Source: Lama glama
Taxonomy: Eukaryota
Direction of reading: 5' to 3'
Length of the DNA: 64,000 nt
Assembly (NCBI GenBank): GCA_028534125.1
Contig: CM052816.1
Location: 32,800,001 to 32,864,000, forward strand
Numbering within the stretch: the stretch's first letter is position 1; every line of letters begins with the position of its first letter. The notes beneath the pieces are model-generated. The model had not been told where the DNA came from. It saw only the letters and a list, made by a program, of their open reading frames with translations, and made no database searches. The translations under genes and the position numbers were made by a program. Shown in pieces: positions 48,694 through 63,805 of this stretch.

Positions 48694-51600
48694 GTACCTC
48701 ATAGGGTTGTCGAGATAAAATGGCATACTCCATCTAAAGCGCATCTTAGATTGCCTGGCCTCACAGAGTGCTGAAAGTTTTAGCTAATCTGAAAGATTCC
48801 TACATACGTGAAGTATCATTAACAGCTGATGCTTAAAATTCCTCCCTCTTGCCTCATTCCTTTGATTCTGGGATTTGCTATCTGTGAAAAGAAAAATACC
48901 CCAGAAGAAATAAGAGCACATTTTCATTAGCAATTTGACCGCAGGAAAGAGGGAGGAAAACGAAAATTTTTACTAAGCACCGACTTAGTGTTAGCAGTTT
49001 GTGTCCATGAAGGATCTGAGAGCATATTTTGATAGGGTGGAGGCACCAGGTGCTTGAGGATTTTAAAAAATGAGCTTTCTCCAGGCACAAAATAGTAAAA
49101 CCAAATTGCTCATTTCCTACTTTGTCAAGGACCCTTTGGCTAATCAGTGGCCAAAGGAAATGGACTCCACAGGTCCACACAGATGGGAGCAAGGAACTGA
49201 CTTAACAACGCGTGCCAGGTCAAGTCACGCTGTGCTGACACACAGCAAGCTGTTGGATACAGCTCTTTATCACTTAGCAGCCTCTAAACGCTTCCTGTCT
49301 CTCCTTGGGCTCTGTCTTTCTACCTCTTTTGGGTGAGTTTTGGCCCAGGATCCTCCAGCTGTTAGACATCCATCATGCGTGACCACACTCATTGACTCAA
49401 GAACATGCCTCTTCCTTAAAACACATAAATAACTTCTGCTTTTTTAAGAGCTCTGCCATGGGCTTAGGAGAGAATGACTTGATCATGTAGCCTTTTGCTT
49501 ATTATCCAGAATGGCCTGTCTAAAATCAATGCTGAGGTAGATTTACAACTAGCTAGTACTGAGGGATTTGGAGTAAGATTTGGGGGTACATGCTGAATTT
49601 TTTCTCACCTTTGTTTCTAATAACTGTTTACCTATCGGCCACCATAACAAAAACTCTCTGCTGAACGTGAGAATGTGTTAGTGTAAAAAATCATGATATA
49701 TGTATAACTGCATCCAAAAACTGTCACCTGTCATGTGTATCATCTTAACCAGCTTTATACAATTTACTGAAAGTCACAGTGTTGAAACTTTTGATGATCA
49801 TTCTCATGAGAACAGTTTGAACTTGGACACATTAGTCATTATAACTGTAACTTGTAATTTTGTACATTAGTCACTAAGTTTATATTTAACATGGTACACC
49901 AAGCCTACATCACGTGTGTATTTGGTATGCTTATAATTTCCCACAGTGACATATAAAATGGGCTAAAGGAGGAGTTTCCATTTCTGGATTCTTTGGGAAT
50001 GTGGTTACTTACAATGTATGTCTTTAATGTGTAGGAAGACATTTATGTGTAGATTGCTTGATATCAACTTTACAGCTTTTATTTGGTGTTAAAACGATGC
50101 CATGATTTGGATTAGATGCAAATATCTTAAATAAGCCACGAAAGACTTGAGTGCAAAATCAAGTGGAGAATAGGCAGTTATCATAAATCAAAATAGAAAA
50201 ACAACATTGGCGCAGTTTCAGAGTAATCTCTTTAAAATAATTTTTTTATCTTTACCTCAAATTACCTTTTCCAATTTGTATTAATTCAGAGGAGAATAAA
50301 GAAAAAAAATCAATTTAGAGTGAAGACCTGCATCAGTCTGTAGAATATGATTTCTCTTCATTTACCTTAGATTACATCCACACTGACAGAGGAAAGCGGA
50401 GAGTTAAGCAATAATCTTCAGATTTTACCAGTAAAAGTAGACGACTAATAACATAGCGTAGACAGCCCCACACTATGACCTTTCAACAGAGAACAGTTGG
50501 ACACGGGTAGATTTTTCAGATGACTTAGTATGAGACCAAGGAATGGTCAGTGCTGTGTTTGTCAAGCATAAAATGATACCAGAATATACTCCCCCACCCT
50601 TGAAGTGACTTTCCACTATTATTAGACTTGCCTATTCAGATTTAATTTACTAAAGGTTTTATACTTACTTCCTGAAGGCTACTGAATCATCAGTACTTAA
50701 TGTTCGTTCATTTAACAGTTATTTACTGAGCACCTACTCTGTGCTGGACACTGAGTATACACCAGGAACCCTGATAGATGAGGTCCAAGCTTTATGGATC
50801 TCATGGCAGGTAATGGCCATAGCAATATTTGATGTCTATCATGGAGCATTTGAAAGAAACTTTAATATCTTAACCCAATACTTATCCTTTTTCATCGCTA
50901 AAGCGAATACTATTGAAAAAACTTCCCAACTTGATTATCATGTATCATTTGCTCTCTTTTTACCAGTCACTCTCTATCTGCCAGCACCAAATCCTTTTCA
51001 GCTCCAGTGGCTCTCCTCTCCCCCTTTCCCCTGATCCAGTAGGAGTTGGGGGCGTGGTGACTTCATGCAGAGTCATCGTTATGCTACATTAGGTAGTGAA
51101 CTCACAAGTGCTAGCAGTGGAGCAGCTAGACTGCGGGCAAGATCTGCTGTTTATCCCCCTCTCCCGGTCTCCCAGCACTTCCCTAGCTCGGTCAGTTGTG
51201 AAATGATCAGCCCCGTGAGAAATGGGAGGGAGAGCTAATCATTGACCTGACCAAGCAAATAATAATAGTAATCTCTTCCTTAGGGATACATTTTAAACTG
51301 TATAAACAGACATATTATTGTTTCACCTTAACACAAAATGTGTTAGCAATTAGCAATTGTTTGTCCCAGTGAACTAACATCTGCTAACAATGAGATCCTG
51401 GCACCTATCCTGCATGAGTGATTCTGAGGAAAGGAAGCCAGGATAGCAGAGGAGCAGTAACCCCAAAATACCGTGAGACTGCAGTTTCCAGCAGAGCAAC
51501 CCAAAGTCAAAGCTATGAGGTGAGCAGAGCTGTTTATTCATTGACTCATCTGTTTGACACGTATCTGTGAAGTGGCTGTGATGTGCTAAGCGTTATGCTT

Positions 51601-52299
51601 AAAGATGAACAAGATGTGCTTCCTGCCCAAAGAAATTTATAAATGTTAGCTTCCTTCTCCTGTCTTTTTTTTTTTTGTAACCTCTACACCCCACCATATG
51701 TCCAGTATCCCAGGATTCCTTGTTCTTTACTGTCTTTATTCTCTCCTGTTGTCAAAAACTTCTTAATTAGCTACAAGTTGGGAAGACATTGATTAATTCG
51801 TACTACTGTGTAAAAACTGTGATGGCTTCATTCATTGTGTTTTGCTGTCTTTCTCAGAAGTGTCTGCATTTTCAGAGAAAGGAATCCCTTAATCTGAAGC
51901 AGTGAAATTAGTAGTAGAACTCTAGACATTAGTGAAGCAATAACGGGGACTTTTCCCCCCAAAAGTACATAATTTCCCAAGGTCCACCACACATGGATAA
52001 CAAGGCTAGGCCTGATTTTGAGTCCTGAGTGCTCACTTCACTTTTGGATATGAGTCCTAGATATGAGTCCAAGTTGGCAACATTTTTGGTGTTAGTATGA
52101 TTAAACCAAAATCTTTTAATTACAGAGCACATTTACCCTTTAGTCTATAATTAAAGAAGTTTCCATGACTTCTAAAAGTAGTTTTCTCTATTATGCACTT
52201 ACTTACCTGACAGTGCTTACTGAGAGCCTATAAAATGCCAGTAGCACTATTAAGCAGAAATAAAAATTCTTATTGGCATTAATAACACAAAACATAAAA

Positions 52300-53400
52300 T
52301 AGATAAATTTGACAAGATATGTGATGGACATATTTGAAGAAAACTATATAACTTGACTGAGGAACATAAAAAACTTGGGACATATTCAATAGTATAAATG
52401 TGTTAACTCTGTATCTAACACAATTCTAACATTTTGGATTTGACAAAATGATTCTAAATTTCACCAGTAAAAGTAAGCGTGCAAAAATAACTAGTAACAT
52501 TTGAGAAAAGAAAAATATGAGGGGAGATTGTCTTACCAGGTTTATAGCTACAGTGGTTAAAGCCATGGATCCTGGTGCAAGAATGGTTTAACACAATTCT
52601 AACATTTTGGATTTGACAAAATGATTCTAAATTTCACCAGTAAAAGTAAGCGTGCAAAAATAACTAGTAACATTTGAGAAAAGAAAAATATGAGGGGAGA
52701 TTGTCTTACCAGGTTTATAGCTACAGTGGTTAAAGCCATGGATACTGGTGCAAGAATGGACAAATCAGAAAAATAAAACAACATGTGGACAGACACCAAT
52801 ATATACAGGAAAATAACATGTGAAAGAAAAGTGAGGAGAATGGCAAAAACAAAAATCCAAAAGGCAGAGAGCAGATCTGGAAAAATGTTTCACATGTATG
52901 TCACTGACAGGTTAATAACTATGTATAAGCAGTTATCTAAGAAATATAGGAAAATTCCAAGAAAAGTGGACAAAGTACATGAATAGGATACTTCACAAAA
53001 TAAGAAAAATACACAACAAACATGGGAAACATGTTCATTCTCACTTTAATCAGAAACTGCTGCTTAAAACAATGAGATGCCATTTTGACTGGTGATGAAA
53101 AAAAAATTAAAATGATAGCACCAAAGCCTGATGACAGGGTGCAGAAAACATACACAAGAATACTCTATCAACACTGTTTTAGTATCAAAAGATGGAAAAA
53201 GAGCCTAAAAGCCCATAAGTAGACAACTGACAAAATGCTATAGTATAGCCAAACGATAGAATATTATTAAACAATTAAAAGGTGATGTAATTAAAAGGGT
53301 GACATTAAATTTAAAAAAACAATTAAAAAGGATGATAAATATTTTAATTGATATGAAAAGCTATTTATTATGTATACTTAATTTCTGAAACAGTACATGC
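52300..53400 (+). mobile_element. Old degenerate L1 ORF2/3' remnant (host of the duplication)
   Basis: ttgacaaaatgattctaaattt; gctacagt..ttaaa..catgg.tactggtgcaagaat.gaca; atagaatattat. Confidence 0.65.
52416..52759. repeat. Tandem duplication, period 173 bp, 2 copies
   Basis: 52416..52586 matches 52589..52759 with one mismatch seen (ggatCctgg / ggatActgg) and a TT spacer. Confidence 0.95.
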
Positions 53401-53741
53401 ATTTTGAGGATAATGAAGATATATATAGGAAAAGTAAAAATTTTAAGTTTCCTCTACTTACTCCCCCTTCCATCCATTCTCTGCTGTTAAAAGTTTGGTT
53501 TGTACCCTGCCAGATCATTTTCTGCACAAATAAAGTCATGTATCTGTTTATCTAGATTCACATTTGTATCGAAATATAAACATAGAATTTTAAAACAAAA
53601 TATGTTCACATTATGAATGTATGTATTACTCAGTAACTTATTTTTTCATTCTACAACGTATAAAGAATATCTATGATATATTAAGTTAAAAAATTAGGTA
53701 ATAAAATAACACATTTAGAGTGATCCTGCTTCTGTTAAGAC

Positions 53742-53760
53742 TGTGTGTGTGTGTGTGTGT
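53742..53760. repeat. (TG)9 microsatellite
   Basis: Direct count. Confidence 0.9.
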
Positions 53761-54098
53761 TTAGGCAAAGAGAAAAGTCTGGGCAGATAGACTACTTGAT
53801 AGAGAGAATAGAGGCGATTTTTAGTTTTTTTTATTTTACTTTTTCCATTATTTAACTTTTCAAAATAATGAATTTGTATTACTTTTTTGTATTACTTTTA
53901 TAACCAGAACAAGGTCTGTTTTCATCACAAAGGAAAAAAAATGATATTCCTGGAAAATGTATGAGGCAATATTAGGCTGAGGTCTTACTGTGAAATGGTG
54001 GATTAGTGCTCCTGTGACCTCCTGTCCTCTCATAGTCTGCAACTTAAAATTCATGTTCTGTGTCTTAGTAAATCAAAATATGAGCTGTAATATATTCT

Positions 54099-54242
54099 AT
54101 TTTTAATTTATTTTAGTTTGTTTAGGGGGAGGTAATATTTTATTTATTTTCTTAATTATTTTAATATAAGTACTGGGGATTGAACTGAGGACCTCATGCA
54201 TGCTAAGCACGCACTCTACCCCTGAGCTGCACCCTCCACCCT
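54099..54242 (-). mobile_element. tRNA-derived SINE (camelid Vic-1-like) with TSD
   Basis: Reverse complement of the same family as 32452; TSD TGTAATAT(A/C)TTCT at 54086..54098 and 54243..54255. Confidence 0.85.
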
Positions 54243-56019
54243 TGTAATATCTTCTCTAACTACATATGTATATAAAATACATAACCTGTGTATTTAATGT
54301 GAATTGTGACTGCGTGTAGGATTCCAGTCTCTCGATGAGATGGAGCTTAACTTTTTGAGGTTTTATTGACTTGGATAGCTGTTTCTAATAAACCCAGCAC
54401 TAACAGGACAAACGGAAGCTGCCTAAGGGGAAGAAATGGAAAGCCACAATCGTTTTGTTGTCATTTTTGTTATTGCTGTAGGTGATGAGATTGATTTCCT
54501 TTCTGCATCCAGAGAAGTGAGCTATAAAGGAAGCTTCCAAGGTGAACAGAGGAGCGTCTCCCCGTGTGGCCTTCCGCGTTCTCTGCAGCCTGCCGGCGAG
54601 GACAGGGGCCTGGTATGTTCTTCTAAAAGTGGCCACGTTGGGGCCTTTGCTGAGGCACCTCCACAGCCCCTCCAAGCCCTTCCTCCTCTGGGATCAGATA
54701 CTCTTCCACTCCCACCCTCATTTTCCCTATAATACCTGTTTTCAAAAATGTAGTGTCGCTTAAGCCCAGGCTACTTGTACCCAGCCTGGGAACAAGCCTT
54801 AAAGCAAAGCAGAATTAGAATGACCAAGTCTGAGATGGTCTCCAGACCTTGCCTTATCAGCTGAAGGGGAAAACTCCAAGAATATACCGTTATCTCTATA
54901 GAGAGTGGAGAATTTGTGGCAGCGGTAAAACATTTTACTCCATGAAATAGTGGCCCCACGGATGTGGGTGTTTCTTTATGCCTTTGTGCGTGTCTCTCTT
55001 CTCCATCTATCAGTCTTTGGTTTTGCTTTTTGTGCCTTTATTTCTTTTTCTTTCTTAATTTCTTTCCTTTTCTCTTTATTTTTTCTCTTAATTGGGCATA
55101 ATATATTGAAAAAAATTGTGTTACTTATTGATTTTATCAAATAACCACATTTTCTATATATGTTATGTTAAGAGTGAAACTCAGTTGTCACTTACTTAGA
55201 GGTTTGGGATCAGTCATCCTTCATATTTCTCTATAGCACTTATCACTGTCATTGTCTTATGCGTTTATTGGTATATCTCTACCTGTCAGATGCAAACTCC
55301 TGGAGAGCTGGCGTTTGGTCTTCTTCTCGGCTGTACCCTGAGCAGGCCCATGTACCAGCCACCCCAGAGACCCTTTGTTTACCCCGTCTCAATCCCAGTC
55401 CTTTCGCTTTCACTGAAAAGTAACCCCATCTTGACTTGTTTGGTCATTTCCTTGCTTGTTATAGCCTGTGACCCAAGATGCATGTCTAAACCCTATAGTT
55501 TAAAAACAAATGTACATCTTTTAAGTCTTGTCCAGTTCTCCCAGTATACGCTATTCTTCCTTTGCCCCACCATTTTTTTTACAGCTTAGTTCTAGAAGAC
55601 ACTGGGTTGTTTGATTTGCCTGTAGAGTTTCCCACAACTGGATTTTGTTCATTGCATTCCCTATTCCTCTGTCTTCTGTATTTTCCACAAATTGGTAATG
55701 GGATTATGAACTTGATCAGATTCAGGTACAATCGTGTGACAGACTCCCTCGTAGGGGGTATGTAGGAGACATGTAATAGCTGATTATCTCTCTCTGAGTA
55801 ATATTGGCAGCCATTGATCTGTTAATTCATTAGGAGCTGCAAAATATTCAAATTTAATCACTGTTTATTTAATTGGTGGAATACTTCCATAATGAGAAAC
55901 TTCTCTGCTTCTGTTTGGTTACTTTGTATAGGAAAAACAGCATACATTCTTGATGAAAATACCTTTTCAGATACATGAGACATGGAAAATAAGCGTACTA
56001 AAAGAAAAGAACGAACTGC

Positions 56020-56282
56020 TTTTCTGGTGGGCTGGCGATAGCAGGACCATGGGTCCTGGGTCTAGAGTTGACCTCGTGGTGAACTGGTGATCTGGTTCTT
56101 GACATGGCTGGCTGTGCCTTCTGGGGTGTCTCAAAGCTGGCGCTGGCTTGCTAGTGAGTGGGGCTGGATCCTGGGGCAGCTGACTGAAGGTGTTTTGAAG
56201 CTGGTTTTAGCCTACTGGTGGCTGGGGCCAGGGCCCAGGGAATCCTGGGGCTAATGCCATTGCACGGGTGTGTGGGGCCAGT
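56020..56282 (-). mobile_element. Probable L1 5'-region fragment (GC-rich, internally repetitive)
   Basis: Recurrent gctgg..gtggggctgg.tcctgggg units like those I recall in cetartiodactyl L1 5' regions; abrupt change from AT-rich flanks. Confidence 0.5.
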
Positions 56283-59200
56283 TAGCACAGAAATTGATAC
56301 ATTAGATGGTAAATATGATGAACCACTATTCATGAAAAATAATTTGAGGGTTTAAAAATAACATAGGAGTATTTAAAGATTGTTAAAGCATGTTTTAACT
56401 TTAGGTCTTATTCAGGAGAAAGGAAAAAAATTGAGTAAGTTAAAACTTTGTAGGAAAACTGTAGAGATAAATATGCATGTTAAAAAAAATAGAAATACGA
56501 TGCATAGCTTCAAAAGCAGCAAAAAGGGGAAAAAGATGTATGGAAACTTTCATCAATCTTAAAGAAGACAGGGAAGGAGAGAAAAGAAAAAGGACAGTAA
56601 AGAGCAAGCCCACGTTAGATGGTAGAAATATATCCAAATATATCAGGAAACTGAGTTAATCGGACAGAACTCATTTACTAAAAGATCCAAACCACCCCAT
56701 CTGATTAACGAGCAAGCAAACAAACAAAACTGTCTAGTTCAAGAGGCACACTTAAATCCATCCAGAAAATTGAAAATAAAAGGGAAAATATTAACAACAA
56801 ATAAAAATGAAAAGAAAGGTTTGCAGAAGAGTGCTAGTATAAATATCTCTATAGAGGGATTACTTACACAGTGAGTACCGTATTTTATCAATCTGCTTAT
56901 AGAATATGTGTAAGCATATTTAAGGCAAGTTAATACAAGTCTAAGGAAAATTTCTGTAGTCACTAGAGGGTGCACACAGAGGTTTTCAGAATTGCTACAG
57001 TTATATCAACAAGGCAATAATCCTTGCTCCTTGGGAATCCTGGCAAATGCAAACCACATGTTGGTTTCACTGAGTTGTCCTTCATTTTATTTGTGGCTTT
57101 AAATACACTCTTGTTAGGTCTGGTTTGCATGGCTTAAGTAGAATTAATCAGTCTTAAGTGAGTGTTTTATCTGCAAGGTTCTGTAGAAAATTCAAAATAA
57201 ATATGAAACATTTCTCCTACACTCAAAGAACTTAAAGTCTAATTCTAGAGATAAGACAAACAGAGAACAATATGAAACCAAATGTGGGCTAACTTGTATG
57301 TCATGTGTTACAAGAATTTAGAGAATTTGGAGATCAGATGAGGTCTGATAGCAGTTGGTGAAGCTTGATGAAGTAAGTGAAATCTGAGCTGGGCTTTTAA
57401 AAATGAGAACAGTTTACTCTGGTAGAGAGATGGAAAAGCAAGACTTTCCTTGGGCTGTGCTCTTTTTCCAGATTTGAGGAAAATTCATTTCATCAACCAT
57501 TGGCTCTAGATTTAAAAGCAGCTCAACTCAAAAACACTGGTCCAGTGGGGAACCTTCTGGTCAGATAACTCAGTGATCACCTCCTTTCCTGCCCCAACTC
57601 TTTACTAGGTTGAAAACTGAAATGAGAGTGAGGATTATGACATGTTTCTCTGTCCTCCTCAAAGTCTGGTGTAACTTATCGCAAGGAGCAGAAACCCATG
57701 TAAACATGCAAAAGTGAAAACAAGAGCTTGCTAACCACATGCTGAGGTTTAATAGACATGAACACTCACATTCAAAGGGCCTGGGAATTGGAAAATCAGG
57801 TTGCGAAATCTACTCTATTCCCCCTCCATCTCTTTCTGGTTTTCCTGTCACTTCTCTGTTGTTGTCTGACTTCCTCTGTGCATATACCCTGCACATAACT
57901 CAAAATGGCAGCCTTAATCTATCAAAACTTCAGATGCATATTCCTTTTGCTTTTGTAAATCCATTTCTTGGAATTCATACTATAGATATATTCACACAAG
58001 TGTGCCAAAATAAATATATAAAGATCTCTGAAAAAAACCCAGAAGTAATCTAAATGTCCATCAATAAGGGACTACTTAAATAAATTATGGTATACCCATT
58101 CAATGATATATGTAATATATATTACTAGTGTTCACCAGTATCTCCTGATCCCTTCTCCTTCTGAGTCCGTGGGAGGAATACATTCCTTTGCCCCTTTGAA
58201 GTTGAGCGTGCTTATGTGATTTGCTTTGGCCCCTAAAATTTGAGAAGCATTTTAAGAGCCCATGGGAGATTCTCCATGCTCCCTTCTGGTGCAGCAATTG
58301 TAAAAACACACACTGGGAGGGTGAGTCACAAGACAGAAGCAGCTAGAGCACTGAGACTTCACAGCGAGCAGACTTCACGTGCACAGGAAATCAGTTTTTT
58401 TTGTGTGTGTATTAAGCCACTGTGATTCTGGTGTTGTTATACCATAACCTAGGTTATACTAACTGATATGGTATACTGTGCAGCCAATAAAATGAATGAG
58501 ATAGATATATATGTACTGAAATGGAAAATGTCCAAGATATGCTAAGTGAAAGAGACAAGGGACAATATGCAGTAGTTGAATAGTGCCTATGACTGGTGGC
58601 AGTAGAGGTGAGTGCAGGGGAGGGCATACTCCTACATCATATTTGGAACTGAATTCAATACTGTCCATTGGAAAGGCAATCTGGCAGTACCTATTACAAT
58701 AAAAAATATGCACACCTTTGCCCCAACAATCTCACTCCTAATAGTCCTTAGAAATAAAGGTACCAGTACATAAGGACATGCATAAAGGACTTTTATTGCA
58801 GAACTTTTTGCAGGGACAAAAGACTGAAAACACAGGGTATGCCCATCAGTAGCGAAATAATTGACTAAAATGTGGTGTATTCATATCATAGAATATTAGA
58901 ATATTAAGCAACACAGAATATTATGTATTTAAAAGAATGAATGAGTTCTCTTATCAGTTGACCTGAAGAGAGTTCCAGTATTTTTACTAAGAAATAAAAT
59001 TTAAGAAATTTTATAATCCTCTTTTATTTTGTCAATGAGGAGAAAATCCCCATGTATATGTTTGTCTGATTAAAGAGTAGAGAGAAGGTGTGCAGAGGTT
59101 TTTTACTTGCTCAGAGAAGGGGAACTGGATTATTGGGGAGAAGGGAAGAGAGAGGAGGTAAGCACGATCAGGGGCATAAGCAGGGCGGAGCAAGTGAGCA

Positions 59201-60474
59201 ACAGTTCACTCCGTAACTCATGATATGCGGAGCACCTGTACAGAGTGGGCTGATGCTTTGCAAATACAAGTTTAAATTTGTGAAAACTAACATATGCTTT
59301 TGTATAGCTTTTATGGTTGTTTTCTAATTATGGAGTTCTGGCAGGATGGGTGTTTTACCTAAATTACGGATGCATGCTGTACATTCCAAGTTTAGCAATG
59401 CAAAATTCTCTTCTGCAGAAAATTAAATAAACAGACTTTAATGTAGATACTGAAACAAGGCCAAACCTGTTCTTTTGAAACCTGGCAATCTGCCTGCTGG
59501 TCATTATTTGCCATTCTTTCCCAAACAAATACCACTGAAGAAATGGCCCTCAAAAGCTAGAAGTAGATAATCTTTAAAAACATGTAATTTTGGAAACTGT
59601 ACATTTATGGTTCGCATACCCCACTGTCATAAACATAATTATATATATATAGGCAGATGTATGGAAATCAACAATCTATTTTTGTGTATTAATGATATCA
59701 TGGCTTAGACTTTTTAAGCATAAAAATTGCATATATTATTGATTCCCAGAGTGAGTCCTTCATCGATCTGCATGAATTTTTAATATTCAAAGTTAGGAAA
59801 ATTAACTTTTAGAAAGTAATTTACTAGTAAAGAAAAAAAAAATGAAGCTTTTAAAGAAGTAAAACAGAGGACACTTAATTTTTACTTAAAAAACCCAAAA
59901 TTCTCAGTAAGAATATCTCTATGAATGACCTAGTTTATTATTGCTCTTCATGGATATTTGCATTTTGGGAGGGGAAAAAGTTTTAGGACAAAAGACTAAA
60001 ATTCTAAAATGGTTTTTCCAACATTAATGAAAATGTGGGTTTGGCCCCTTGTGGGCAAGAAACCTTCTATCCTGAAGAAACAAGGACCAAGTGCTGTGGG
60101 CCCTGTCCTTCAGCCAGTCCCACCCCTCAGAGCCCTAGCCAACAAAGGCCAGATGGAGACCCTCCAGCCTGACTAGAACAATGACCAAAATCTCTTTGTT
60201 CATTTCCAACCTGATCTTTTATTACTGTATCTCTGACTCAGAAAGTGTAACCCCCTCACCCAACACCGCCTTCCAATTCCACACCCCTTCCCCAAACTCT
60301 GGTTCTGTTTAGGGCCTTCCTGACTTGGATCTTTGGATTTGGCCTCCGGGTGTAGTTTGATGTTGCCTTCTCTCAAATGGTTTTAATCTGGACTCTCTCC
60401 AGCTCCTTTGCAGGCCTTGCATCAGCCTTAACAGTGCTGACAGAAAGCTATAAGGGATGTGAAATTGTAATCTT

Positions 60475-60683
60475 TTTTGTTTGTTTGTTTTTTGTTTTGT
60501 TTTAATTGAAGTACAGTCAATTACATTGTGTCTATCTCTGGTGTACAGCATAATGTCCCAGTCATGCATATACATACACATAATTGTTTTCACATTTTTT
60601 CATTAAAGGTTATTGCAAGATATTGAACGTAGTTCCCTGTGCTATACAAAATAAACTTTTTCTTTCACAAAAGAAACTTTTTA
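60475..60683 (-). mobile_element. 5'-truncated young L1 3' end with TSD
   Basis: (TTTG)n tail followed by aattgaagtacagtcaatt...; TSD AAATTGTAATCTT at 60462..60474 and 60684..60696. Confidence 0.85.
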
Positions 60684-63279
60684 AAATTGTAATCTTAAAG
60701 TTGCTTGAAGAGTGTTGAACTGAAATGGAATTAAGTTGAGTAGTTTTTGAAGGTTAAAAGTCCTATCAGAGCCATTACATGGAAGTACTATGAAGCAGAT
60801 GGTCAAGCTGGCTTCTTAGTTTGTCTCCAGTCTGTGGGACTTCAAGAGACAGTGCTAAATTCCGTATTTTAGATCTCTTTCTGGGTTTCCTTTCTATGCC
60901 TTACTGGCTCACTTGTTTTTTTGGAGATGTGAATAATGTTAGCCAACTATCTGATTCAGCTCTTCCCACTTGGATCTCTGAGACAGTTTTCTGCATATAT
61001 CATATTTCATTCATGATGTATTGACTTTACTAGTGTAATCAGAGTGTTCCCAAGTTCTCCAGGTTTCAGAGGTCATTCTTGTTGAGTGCCAAAGTAGAGG
61101 CTCTCACCTCCATCCCCAAGGTCACCCCCCTGCTTTTGGACTGCTGCTCCATTCCTGCCGATCATCACTTGCCCTCCTTATAACCCTTTTTTCCATGCTG
61201 CTTTGCTCTCCTAATAAACATACTCTCCAAATGTAGGCATACACTTCTTCCTTGATTCCCCAAAGCACAAGAAGACCAGACTTACTGTGCCAGTCAGGAC
61301 TCAGATATTCAATATAGTTCCCTGTACTATACAGTAGGTCCGTGTTGTTTATCTATTTTATACATATTAGTGTGTATATTCAACTACACCCTTTTTATTT
61401 TTTCTTCTAAAAAGAGAGGGAATCCTTCCTTTCTGCTCCTTCTCTCTTCCTCCAACATTGTAATCCTCTTTCTACAGACCCTCAATTCTAGTCAAAGGTA
61501 GAGAAAATTTTGCATCATTCCACAGAGCTGGTTACCTTCCGATTGTTTCAGATTCTTCAATCTATAATCATTTCAGGCCTTTAATTTTATATGATCAACA
61601 AGCCTATTGAAATGTTTTTTCTTCCACAATCAAAAGAGCAGTCTTAAGCCTCAAATGAGAACCGCCTTTGCCCCTAGATAAGGAGAAGATTGCTAACGTC
61701 CATTTAGATTACTGACTGCATATAAGAGAAAAAAGTCCAACATCATGACTTAAACAAGACAGACTTTTACCTCTCTCCCTCCCTCCCCTCTCCTTTCCCT
61801 CTCTCCCTTTCTCCCTGTCCCTCCCCACCCCACTCTCAGCAAAATAAATCCAGAGATACTTACTCTGGGCCTGGTTTGGTGGCTCCAAGTTCATCAGAGA
61901 CCACAGCATCTTCTATTTTGCTTCTCTGAGTGAATTGTTGGCCACAGGAGGGAGCAGAGAAGAAAGAATAAAGAAGAACTTGTCACTTTCTTTTAGAGAC
62001 TTTCCTGAAATCCTAGATAACCTGTGCTTACATCTTCTTGGCCAAATATAGTTGCTACATTTAGTCAATATACCTGTGAGAGGGGCCAGGCAATGTAGGC
62101 TTTTAAGTGAGCCCGTTAACTGAGAGGAAAAGGGAGTCTAGACATTGGAGGAGGCAGCTGGCAGTAGCAGTGTCTGTCACATGGTTGATGACTTCTGGCC
62201 ATCAAGGTGGTTACACTGACTGCCCTGCCTGCCTGCTGTTTGATGCTGGAGTTCCAGGATGCCTCTCAGCTATCCTGAGCACTGTTCTCAATCCCTTACT
62301 TGAGCTCATATTTTGCTAGCCTATCTATGGTTCCTAAAATTTAGTCAGTTCAGTTTTAGGATTGTATCAGGCAGTGTGTTTGACAGCTCTGCAAACTAGG
62401 TTGTGGTAATTTTAAGCAACTGCCAATAAGTTCCTAAGCAAAGCTGAGAGGAAGGCATCTAAAATTCATGAAAAGATTTTCATTTGGAATGTATAATAAA
62501 TAGTTGACCCCCACTTAGAAAATGCTGGCTATAAAAGGGTATAATGAAGGATCTTTATGGTGATGAAAATGTCTGTCTCAAAAGTCAATGTCAATCCCCT
62601 GGTTGTGATATCTGGCTATAATTTTGAAAGATGTTACCATTGTGGGAAACTGGGCAAAGGGTTTATCAGATCTCCCTTCTTACAACTAGACATGAATCTC
62701 CAATTTTCTCAAAATAAAAAGTTTAGTTTTACAAAAAGTCAACAGCATCTCATTGTTCATTATACCTCAAAGTTAGTCAGCTGCATTTTAAATTAGTGCA
62801 TTTAATAAGGACAAAGTATGCAGTTTTTACTATTCTTATCAATTTTTTCCTTTCAAATACTAAAAGAACAAGAAGCGAAGTCAACTGAATTCTCAGTAAA
62901 AAGGTCTTGATTTTTAAATTATGAATACTTGAAAATAGAGACAAAGGACGAGAATATAATTAAACTCCATGTATTTATCACCCAGCTTCAACAATTACCA
63001 CCCTTTTGCTTACCTTATTTTATCTATTTCCCTGCAACTTTTTCCCCTGGTGGATTATTTTAAAGCAAGTCCCAGGCCTTATTTTACCCTTCAATAAGGG
63101 CTATTTGTAAACTGGATGAGCCTATGCACAATGAGCAAAGGAACTAACACTCCATAATATCAATTTAGTATAACTAGCAATTTTCAGACACTGTAAAAAC
63201 TTGTCAGTGATTCCAGGAAGTGGCAGTGAGGGGGTGGGTAGACACAGAGAAAGGCTATAAAGCACGGATACCTACTGAG

Positions 63280-63805
63280 TGTGACAAGCGGAATAACACC
63301 GCCGAAGATGTCCGTCCTAATCCCCGGAGTCTGTGAGTATGTTATGTTAGTGTAAAGGGGGAATTCAGGTTGCAGGTGGAATTAAGGTTGCTAATTAGCT
63401 GGTTTTAAGATAGGGAGATAGTCCTGAATTATCTGGGTGGTCCCAATGCAATCACAGGGGTCCTTAAAAGTGGAGGAAGAAGCAGGAGTGAGTCCCAGGG
63501 AACAGAGACCATGAAAGAAGGTCAGAGTGATGTGATGGGCCTAACATTGCTGAGTTGGAAGGAGAGGAAGGGGAGGAAGATGAGCATGAGCCAAAGAAGA
63601 CAGGTGGCCTCTAGAGGCTGGAAAGGCAAGGAAACTAACCCTCCCTTAGAGCTGCCAATGGGGAACACAGCCTTGCCAATTCCTTGATTTTAGCCTAGGG
63701 GATTCTCTATTGGGCTTTTAACCCACAGAACTAAAAGATAATAAATTTGTATTGTTTAGGCCACCAAGTCTGGTAATTTGTTAGAGCAGCAATATGATAT
63801 TAAAC
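63280..63805 (+). mobile_element. MLT1 solo LTR (MLT1E-like)
   Basis: aagatgtcc.tcctaatcccc; ggaattaaggttgctaat.agctg; ggcctctagaggctggaaaggcaaggaa; agataataaatttgtattgttta. Confidence 0.8.

Noticed and set aside
52416..52759. Direct repeat considered as a CRISPR-like or functional array
   Set aside because: Only two long adjacent copies with no spacers, in eukaryotic L1-derived DNA
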